Shown: positions 10,687-20,467 of the stretch, one piece after another | How the letters are laid out: each line of letters begins with the position of its first letter | Numbering within the stretch: the first letter of the stretch is position 1 | The notes under the pieces: model-generated | Told to the model about the DNA's origin: nothing | The model's database searches: none | What the model saw: the letters and a program-made list of their open reading frames with translations, nothing else | NCBI RefSeq assembly: GCF_000315625.1 | Contig: NW_005434671.1 | Span: 1,103,170-1,167,169, forward strand | Length of the DNA: 64,000 nucleotides | Source: Guillardia theta CCMP2712 | Taxonomy: Eukaryota; Protista; Cryptophyta | Direction of reading: 5' to 3' | Program-made: the position numbers and the translations under genes

Positions 10687-11411
10687 TCAACAAGTGGATC
10701 CAAACTGCTGGTCAATTATCTCCAAGATCTGCCTCCTCCTCGGCCCGTTGCTAATCCCCATCCTCCTCAGACGTTCCTCGCTCATCTCCTGCTCACAGCC
10801 TCAGCGGAAAGATGGGAAGGAGGAGGGAGGGACCAAGAGCGAGCTCCCCGTCATCGAGCTCCTCTCGAACAGCAGCGCTTCCTCCGCGTGCCCGTGGCTC
10901 CTTAGCCAGTCACCTACCTGAGACACTGTCCACGCCCTGCAAGGTGTCAGTTGGAAGAGGGTGGCACTTGCTGGTAAACCAGGTACAGGTGGATGGGTAC
11001 AGGTGAAGGAAGATCAGGAGGTCAATGTTGAGGAAGAGGATATGGGACGAGGACAAGGATGCGAAGGAGGAGGAGGGCAAAAGGAGAAGAAGGAGGAGGA
11101 GCAAGAGGAGAAGGAGGAGCAGGAGCAGGAGCAGGAGGAGGAGGAGGAGGAGGAGGAGGAGGAGCAAGAGTAGAAGGAGGAGCAGGAGCAGGAGCAGGAG
11201 CCGGGATGGCACCTGGGGTTCACAGAACGAGAGGGTCTGATGGCTCGGATGACATTCTGAGGAGAGACGCTTATTTCTCGTTTCATGCCGTGAAGTCGGA
11301 CAAGCAGCCTGCCCGTCACCTGATAGAACGACTATGTGAGCAACAGCAGGAGGAAGCAAAGGATGCAGCAGGAAGTGAGTTGAAGGAGGAGGCGGTGTTG
11401 GTGGTGGTACC

Positions 11412-11450
<39 letters not shown>

Positions 11451-13058
11451 ACAGAAATTGAAGCATGCACCTCATCAATAGCTACAACGGTTCCATCCAG
11501 ACCGTTCAGCTCCTGTTCTCGCCGAAGCCCCACCAGCTTCACTCTCCCTCCTGTCGCGTCCCACAAGTCTGGAATTCCTCTCCTCTCTCCTCCCACGTCT
11601 TTCTCTGGAGCTCTCCTCCTCCTCACGTACGTTCTCCAAAGATCTTTCACCGCCTCCCCCCACTCCGTCACCGAGTCTCTTCGCGCCGCCTCCAGAGCTC
11701 GACGACCCAGGGCGAGCAGCAGGAGCTGAGCTGGAAGGAGTTTGAGGAAAATTCCCAGCTCCCTCCTTGTGTGCCGCAGGGACAAGAAGTTCCATGGAGT
11801 CTGGACGACACTCGCGGCAATGGCGCCGGCGAGGTGACCGCAGAGGGAGACTCGAAGAGGGTCAGCAAGCTGAGAGATGATGACCTGAAGTGGTGCGAGT
11901 TAGGACCAGGTAGGTGCTGAGGAAGAAACGAGGGGGAGCAAACAAGATCATGATCGACAAACTTTGTAAGGAGAGGGAAGAAGGGAGGGAGGGAGGGAGG
12001 GAGGGAGAGGATATGGGGAAGGGAGGGAGGGAGGGAGGGAGGGAGGGAGAGGATATGGCGGAGGGTTGACCTGGAGGTACGGGGCCCAGTACGACGGGAT
12101 GCAGAGTCTTGGCGAACCCCATCGCTTCTCGATGTATCTCCGCAAGTACTTGACAACCTGCAAGGGAAGGAACTAAGGAAGAGAACAAGAGGGAGGGGGG
12201 AGGGAGTACGTAGAGCCGAATCTCAGGGGGGAGGTCGCTGAGAGGGAAGCAGAACAAGGAGCCTCCTGCAAACATCTCCGTCCCGATGGCGTTCAGTGCA
12301 AAGAGGATCCCGCTGAAGCCGATGGAGACTGTTGTCAAAGAGATCTGATGCATCACCAGCCTTCTGACGACCTGATGGACGCTTGCTCGCGGCAAGAAGC
12401 CTCCGAGTTGGACCTGTCTTGTATCCTTGAAGCCCAACAGGCTCCCCACCGCATTCAAGAGGACGGTCGTCGAGACGTGCGCCAGCCCGACGCTTGGGAT
12501 TAGAAGGGAGACGAGGAGAGCAAACTTGAAGGATCCTATCCTATCCTCGACCTTGTTCCCAAGAGCTGCAAGTGCGAGCATGTTAGAGACTAGATGCGCA
12601 TGGTTGAGATGGAGGAAGATGCCGGTCAGAAGCCGATGTCCCTCCCTCATGGGGTACAAGAGGATCCTGTCGGGGCTGATGCCCAAACTCGCTGCGGGGT
12701 CCTTGCCGAGCAAGCCAACCTTGGCAAAGAGATAGCAAAGCACGTTGATGATGAGCAGAGCACGTGTGGTTGGCCGCAGCCTCTGCATCGCCTCCATGAT
12801 AAGGTCCTGAAGCGACGGGCCGGAGCCTTCCCGTCTTGACAGCAGGTCCCTCAGCATTTGGAGGACGTCCCTTTCGTCGTTGCCGCCGCGTAGCGACATG
12901 GCGCGGGGGCTCTCGTGCACTGGAGGGGAGCGCACAGAGGTCAATTGTAGTTGGGCATGCACGTCATGAATCCGCAAGCTGGATCCTCTCACTTTCACGA
13001 GCCCCTGCACAGCAGCAGCGAGACTGAGCGCGAGGACGAGAGCAAGGGTCTTCATCAT
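10687..13058 (-). CDS. Rhomboid intramembrane serine protease (RHBDL4/RHBDD1-like) with C-terminal SH3-like and SAM domains
   Basis: Signal peptide; 'RLLTGIFLHLNHAHLVSNM', catalytic 'GFSG' and 'GHLAG'. Six exons joined in frame by GT-AG introns end in 'AWTVSQVGDWLRSHG...FERSSMTGSSLL|EMSEERLRRMGISNGPRRRQILEII' (SAM). Confidence 0.85.
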
Positions 13059-13475
13059 GAGAGTTGCGTGCTGTTCGGTCAGTTGCCGCTACGTGCGACG
13101 ATGGGAGGCAGCGCTTGCTCTTGGCCATTCGATCATCAGCTACTTCCTATCCTCTGACGCTGCTCCATGACGAATCAGCCTTCAACCCGTTCGAGCAAGT
13201 TTCATCCTGTTCGATCCCAACTCAGACACGAGCTTTACCCATGACTCCTCTTCCTCTTGCTTCCCGTCTTCCTCCTCCCATCCTCCCTCCTCCCTCCCTC
13301 CCTCTCGCCTCTCTGTCCCTGCTCCCTGCTCCCTGCTCCCTGCTCCCTGCTCCCCCGGCCTCTTGCTCCTGACCTTCGCCATGGAACTTCGACATCGCAT
13401 TTCGCCAGGTTTGTGCGGCAGCTCCCTACCTGTAAGTGTCCAATTAGAGCTGTAATAAGGCAGCAATCCCCAGCC

Positions 13476-14285
13476 ATGGCGGCCTGCAGGAGGAAACATG
13501 TTCTGCTCGCTGCCGCGCTCTCCAGCCTCGTCATGCTCACTGCAGGCTTCATCCCTCCGTCATGCCTGCCGACAAAGTCGCTGAGAGCGTCTGCTCGCAT
13601 GCTCGTGCCGCGGAAGCGCCGAGGGCGCGGGCAGGTCATGATGGCTAGAGGGGGGCTGGGTGGCTTCTTCGAGAAGTTTCTAGGGGGTGCAGGAGAGGAC
13701 GAGAGCAGGAGGGAGTACGATGAGGTTCTCCGGACCCTGTCCTGTGCCGAAGGATGGGACATCAGCATGGAGATCGGATCTACCCCAGCACGGAACGCCG
13801 GGGGCACAGGATCGCTGGCGAAGAAAGACACCATGACGGTGCAGATCGGAGCATCGGTGAGGTTGGATGTGGACGAAGGGTACGATCCTCCTCAGGGTTC
13901 GGTTATCCTCACATCCGAGTCGAAGATCTTTGACGGTATAGGCTTCTGGAGCGTCCAGGAGGACACGGACGACGGGGTTCCGACAGCCATCCAGGCAAGT
14001 CTGAACAGCCCCATCGGGATCACCGTGAGCGGGGAGACCATCGTGAGCCCGGGTCAGGTGTTCCTCAACTTCAAGGTGAAGAGGGAGGAGAGGAGGGAGG
14101 GAGAGGTCTTCTACGACATGCCTAGGGGCCTGGTGACTGTCAAGGAGGACCTGAAAAGCTCCTTTCTCTTCGCCTCCTACGATGGGCTGCTAGCCGAGTT
14201 CAAGCTGATAGGAACTTGCACAGCGAGGAGGAGGACGAAGGAGGGAGTTAAGGAGGAAGAGACGAAGGAAGAAACTGAAGGATGA
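13476..14285 (+). CDS. Intronless hypothetical protein with bipartite plastid-targeting presequence
   Basis: 'MAACRRKHVLLAAALSSLVMLTAG-FIPPS' signal peptide with Phe at +1, an R/S-rich transit peptide, then a ~190 aa beta-rich globular region. Confidence 0.7.
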   Translation: MAACRRKHVLLAAALSSLVMLTAGFIPPSCLPTKSLRASARMLVPRKRRGRGQVMMARGGLGGFFEKFLGGAGEDESRREYDEVLRTLSCAEGWDISMEIGSTPARNAGGTGSLAKKDTMTVQIGASVRLDVDEGYDPPQGSVILTSESKIFDGIGFWSVQEDTDDGVPTAIQASLNSPIGITVSGETIVSPGQVFLNFKVKREERREGEVFYDMPRGLVTVKEDLKSSFLFASYDGLLAEFKLIGTCTARRRTKEGVKEEETKEETEG

Positions 14286-14319
14286 TGTGTATCGAAGTGT
14301 TCATAGTGTTCATAATGTT

Positions 14320-15570
14320 ATCACGGAATTCTGCTCCAGATCCCCCAGTTCAGGATTCAGAGGTTGCGGAGGGCGAGTAAAAGTCAATAGCCCTTCCCTC
14401 TCTCCATCTGCATTTCCTGCTTCCAAGAAGAAAACCTTCTCCTGGGAAGGCCATCCGGTCAGCCAGCTTGACCACCAGGAAGCTCAAAGTGTTCTCACCT
14501 CCAGGAGCATCTTTTCGACAGTCAAGGCCTCGGCCTCCTTCTTCGTATGCTCGAGCCTTGACTCAAGCTCACTGACCTGCCAGAGATCATTCTCAGTCAT
14601 GCCAACATCCACTGCGATCTTACTCTTGCTAACAGCTGATGCTGTGGAAGAACAGCGCATTTCCCAAGGAGAGGTCAACGCATTACAACATCACACGCAA
14701 GATGCGATATGTTTACATTCTCGAACTCAAGTTTGGAGATTTGATTGATGCAACTGTGCAAAGAATCCTTGGTATCATGGAGCTCTTGCTCCATCGAGTA
14801 TGGCACCCTTGACCGACCTCAGCCCAACGATGCGCAAGGAGTTGAAGAGACTCACTGACTGCCGGTACGGGGAGTAGAAGGGTTGCTAGACGACAGTACC
14901 CGTGCTGCGACTCCACGCAGGCTGATGAGGGAAATAGTTGTCATGCACGAGGAGGAGGAGGAGGATTAGGAGATGCAGGAGGAAGAGGAGGAGAAAGAGC
15001 AGTAGCAAGAGCAGGAAAGAGGGAGGACTCACTCTTGGATCTGCTGGAGGTATCGGATCTCTCGAAGTTTCATCCTATTGATCTCCATCTGCATCGCATC
15101 GATCCTTGAACCTTGTGAGCAGGTCAGTGAACGTGCAACGACAAAGGTTTCGATCGGCGCACTCTGTGCATGCACGATGCTGTTGTCTGCCATGACATGT
15201 CAGAGAAGAGGATGAAAGAGAAAGTTCTCTCCACCCTCCACGCGCACCTCCATGAAGCGCTTGTTCGTCGCGAGATGGTGTTTGAGCTTGATGCGGTTGG
15301 CCCAATCCCTTGTAGGCGAGGGAATGCTGATCTCTGCTGATGGGTAGAACCCCGTTGACAACCTGCCGTCCTGTATGTCTCCTGTGAGAACAAAGTTTGC
15401 AAGGAAAGACGCGAACTGTGATTTGTGAGACTTGTAGATACAAGACTTGTATTCGATCCCCAACAGTCCAGCCCTTGACAGTTTCCAACTGCTGCGAGTC
15501 AGCCACGGTCTCTTGCAGCTCGACACTGACCGTCGAGCGATAGTGCCTCCTCTCGATTCATTTTCTCCAT
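14320..15570 (-). CDS. Hypothetical multi-exon coiled-coil protein
   Basis: ATG at 15570 followed by a short GT-AG intron; later exons 'MEQELHDTKDSLHSCINQISKLEFEN' and 'QVSELESRLEHTKKEAEALTVEKMLLE'. 3' end approximate. Confidence 0.45.
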
Positions 15571-15908
15571 CCAGTTCTGACCAAGAGCTGACATTCCCAA
15601 GACTTGGATATAGTTAAAGAGAACAAATGACATGTAGTCTAGTCATACCTTTCCTCACTCGGACAACATCTCACCTCAACAGTGCCAAGATCTTCTCTCC
15701 GCCATCTTCCGCTTCACCCTGGTCGATGGTTCTCTTGCTTCTCTCATCTTTCTCCTGCCTTGTTGTCCTCCGCGTTCCCCTGCTCGTTCACCATTTGCTT
15801 TGAGGATTTGACAACAGCACCCCTTCCTACTGGGTTATTACTACCCCACCCCTTGATCTCTCTTTTTTTCATAGTTGAGCTACGAGTTTCGGCTGCGACG
15901 TACTTTGT

Positions 15909-15998
15909 GAGGAGAGGAGAGGAGAGGAGAGGAGAGGAGAGGAGAGGAGAGGAGAGGAGAGGAGAGGAGAGGAGAGGAGAGGAGAGGAGAGGAGAGGA
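15909..15998. repeat. (GAGAG)n pentanucleotide microsatellite
   Basis: Direct reading of the sequence. Confidence 0.95.
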
Positions 15999-16144
15999 GG
16001 GAAGGAGAGGGGAGGGAACTAGTACTTAGATGGGACGAAAGATACGGAGCGAAAAAGCAATGTAAAACTACTGTACATATTTGTTTACATAACTGAAGCA
16101 AACTTCACAGTCCACGAAAAAACCAAGAATGTCACATGCTGAAA

Positions 16145-18823
16145 TCAGAAAAGGCCTTCATTGCTTGTCGAGTACACAATCCCTCCCGCAAACGCCCCGA
16201 ACACCTGATATTAACCATGTCAACAACAGCCATCTCCTTCCTCTTCTGGTTCCCTTTACCCCACCCATGCCCCCACTCCCCCTCCAGCTCGCTCCTCGTT
16301 GTTCTAGTCTCCCTTCCCCACCCCAACCCCTTCATCATTGCCCCTGCCATCTGAGCCTTCACCTTTGGGGTCTGACTGAAGAGGAACGGGCTCGTCACCA
16401 ACGACCCCCCCAGCAGCTCCAGCCCCTCCTTCACTCGCCGTGTCTCTCCCGCCCCCTCCTTCTCCTCAGCAGTGCACGTCTCTCTTGACCCCACGCACAC
16501 TCTCCCCGGCAAGACTTTCTGTCCCTCTCGCACTGCCACCCCTCGCGGCCGAGACGTCATGATGCACACGCCCTTCGTCTGCCCCTCTCCGTCAGTACAG
16601 GTATACCGGAAAGCTCTTCCTCCTCCGCCAACCCCCCCCTCTCCCTCCCCCTTTTCCCTGATCCTTCGTCCTAGTCCTCGTCCTCCCTATCGTAAGCCTC
16701 CCTCCTCGTCCTCCTCCTCGTCCTCTACTTGCTGCTCACCTCTGATGGGATCAGATGGATCGGCTCATCCAGCGGCAGCTCTGCGTAGTCCTCCAGCTCC
16801 CCTTCAACCCAACACCCGTTACCTCCTCCTCCTCCTCTCGCCTCCTCTCCGCTCACCCGCCTCGCAGTCCGCTGGCGGCATGCGGAAGCTCTCGCTGCTC
16901 CCCACCAGCGTCCACATATGCGACGCTTCTTCCTTCCCCCGGTATGATCCCCCGCACGTGTAGATCCACACCTGCCTCCCTCCTTCACTCCTCGCCCTCC
17001 TCCTCCTGCCTCCCCTCACCTTCACCTCGCACGCCTCCTCCAGCCCGCATCCGCTGTACAGTCCTCGCACCATCATCTGCCGCAGCTCTCTCAGCAAGCA
17101 GACGCAGCCTCCTGCAGCTCGCTGCTACGTTGCGTCGAGCTCGGAGGTCGAACATGATCCCGTACGCTCCTCCTCCCAGGGATCGAGGCCGCGTGATCAG
17201 CGTCACGAGGACCTCGTCGCTCTCCTTCCTCAAGCTGCATGGAGATGTCAGGACAAGACAGGGAAGGCAGGGAGGAGGACCGAAGGCCCTTGTTGTATCC
17301 TCTCATGTTTCCTTCACCGCCCAGGACGGAGACATGGTTGGTCAGGATGATATCTCTGTACGTTAAGGGTGAGGAGGGAGGAGAGAGGAGAAGCACTCTT
17401 CTACTCTTTCTTCTTTCTCTTCTCAAGGGATGCAGGAGCATTGGCGGACAACTCCATCTGACGATCGAAAGGAGATTGCGGATCCCAGCGCATGGACTTG
17501 GAGGCTACTCCTGCTGACTTTACTGCGTCCTCGACGAGTTTGATTGGAAGGGTTTTGTTGTTCCTTTTGCACAGAACGAAGAATCAGGTCATAAGGAAAC
17601 AGCAATCAAGGATACCTTGCTGAATCATCCTCCAGATCAGATTGCGTTGGGTTGATCACAATCTTTTCAGCCCATAAGAATGCTTGATTGCGAGAGGTTG
17701 GAACGACAGATGTCATCCCTTTCTGACTCCTCACGGATCGAGTAGCTGCAATCATTAGCTGGCTGAGAGATTGAAATTTTGTCTCGGCATCTGCCTCCGT
17801 GTCTTTGCAGCCCCTGTTGTTGTTCTGCTCAATTATCATCTCAGAGTCGTTGAAAGAGATCTTGACTGATTTTTCTTCCAGCTCCTGATCTCTCTGTTGA
17901 GAAGTGTTCTTCTCGATTCTCTGACTCATGACTTGCTCTCTGATATTCTCTCGTCGCATCTTCAACAATTCTCGTAGCGTGTGTTGTTCAAGTGGCGGAA
18001 CTTCTGATCTGTCATGTTTCCTGGATGTCATATCATCGGATACATCCATTCTGTGCGTAAAGATTTGCAGAGATTGAGGAGCGATCAAACTTGATTTGAG
18101 CTGCTGCTCATCAGTGTGAATGTCAAACTTTTCTTGTCCACTTGTCAAATCTCGTGATGAATTCTGTTGCGGCGATGCTGTAACGAGGTCGACTGAGATT
18201 GACTTAAAGGTGTTTGCAATTGGAGGAACTTTCACCCCTGTGGAACCACTAAGTGAACTTAGCAACCCTGCCGAGGACATGTCAAAAAATGTCGCTAACA
18301 TCACCATGATATTCATATCATATCATATCATATCATAACATAACATATCATATCATATCATATCATATCATATCATATCATATCATATCACATCCATGTT
18401 CATATTCATTTCATTTTCATATCAACACCTTCTTCGTGTGATGTCCATCCGTCTTTCCCCTTGTCCTCTTTGTCAAGGTACATCACTTTGAACATGTCGT
18501 CAATCTCCGGCGTGTCTGGTCTGCCCCCCAACTCGTCTCTATGATCATCTGAAACTTCAGAAAGCTTTTGAGGAGCTTCAGGAATTGCCGGACAAGCGCT
18601 CTGGTGGACATCTGCCCAGGTACCGTCCGGCAGAACATACTTGTTTGTTTTCGACTTCTTTCGACCGTCATCGTTGGTTGACATTGAAATGGATTCGCGA
18701 TTGATATGAACTTTCTCCACTTCCATGTCGGAATGGATGTTTCCTCCTTTGCTCTCCAGATTCTGTATCTTGTAACCAAGCTTCCACTGCAAACAAAATG
18801 TCAAATTCCTCCTCCTCCTCCTC

Positions 18824-18891
<68 letters not shown>

Positions 18892-18894
18892 TCG

Positions 18895-18927
<33 letters not shown>

Positions 18928-20387
18928 ACAACAACAACAACAACAACAATTACAAATCCCGATTTTCAACTTCATCACGTCCGGAGCAGACGAGAGAGAG
19001 AAAACAAGACTAGGTACGAACTCAGCGTTCAGGCACTGACCGTGGGCTCATCGTAGATTTGCAACCTCTCTTCATCTTGTATCCTGATGATCAAAGAATC
19101 CTTCTGACCAAAGTTCATCTTCTCCGCCGGCTTGTTTCCTGCGATCCTAAAATAATCCTCCTGTACAAGAAACTTGCAGGGCACCTGCTGGAAGTGTTAC
19201 AAGGCTTCCCATCTTCCTTCTTGGAGTCTCCCCTGCCAGCCCCTGTCGTCTCCTCCTCCCTCCTCCTCCTCCTCGCTTCCTCCTTCCTCCTTCCTGATCC
19301 CACTGCTCCCTGCTGCATGCTTGACCTGCTCCCTGCTCCCTGCTCCGTCCAACTCCCTGATTCATCCCTTCGGTCTGCTGCTGTCTATCCCACCTTCCTC
19401 ATTCCCCCTTCCCACATCCCCTTGCCCTTCGCTTCTTCCTCCTACTCCCTCTCTGCTCTGTGCTCTTCTCCTCACCTTGGGCAAGGGATCAGGACGCGGC
19501 TCCTTGCATTCTCTGCACTGCGCGTCCTCAAGGAATTCTCCCTTCCAGCTCCACACTCTCTTTCCATGCTGATGCCAAGTACCGCACTTGCCGCAGATCC
19601 ACTGATCCGCACACGTACATCCCTCCCACCATGCTGGGTGAGTCTTGCCCGTGTGAAAGGCCTCGCAATTCGCCTCCTGTAACTTGTGGAGCTGCCCCGT
19701 TCCCAGCCTGACGTGCTCCTTCATGGCCTGTACAAGTCCGCCTGTCTCATCAGCTCAGTTCACTCCCTCTCCTGCCTCCCCTCTCTAGCTCTACCATTCC
19801 ACCTCTTCATGACCTCTCCCTCCCTCTACCCTCTGCCTCTCCTTCTCTGCTCTTCCGTGCTCCTAGTCTTCTACCTGATGTGGAGACGCCGATGCTATCA
19901 CAGAACTTTGCGGTCGGGATGTTTCCAAATTCATCCAGCATTCGTTGTTTGCTGTACATCAGGAAGATGTTCTTAATCTTTTCCATTGAGATCTCGAATC
20001 CTATCCCATAATTTTGTCGTTAGGGTAGAACTGAGCGCCAGGGGGGGGAGCGATGTAGACAATGATAAGGAGGAGGAGAGGAGGAGGAGAGGAGGAGAGG
20101 AGGAGAGGAGGAGAGGAGGAGAGGAGGAGAGGAGGAGAGGAGGAAGTGGAGGAAGTGGAGGAAGTGGAGGAGCAGTACAAATTTCTTAAGAGTTGTCCAC
20201 ATGCTTCACCTATTCGGTTCAAGCCAACAAGAAGTTCCTCCTTATCCAAGGAGCCGCTGCCGTCTTCATCCATCTTAGCTGCCAGCATGTCCACGTTGAG
20301 ATTGTTTTTTCCGCAGTAACGTTGCAGACTGATCAACACTTGTCTGCAAAAAAGCAAAATCAGGAACAAAGAAAGTTGAAGATTGGC

Positions 20388-20467
<80 letters not shown>

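Noticed and set aside
10910-11480. Poly-L, poly-Q and poly-E ORFs
   Set aside because: Microsatellites within rhomboid introns.
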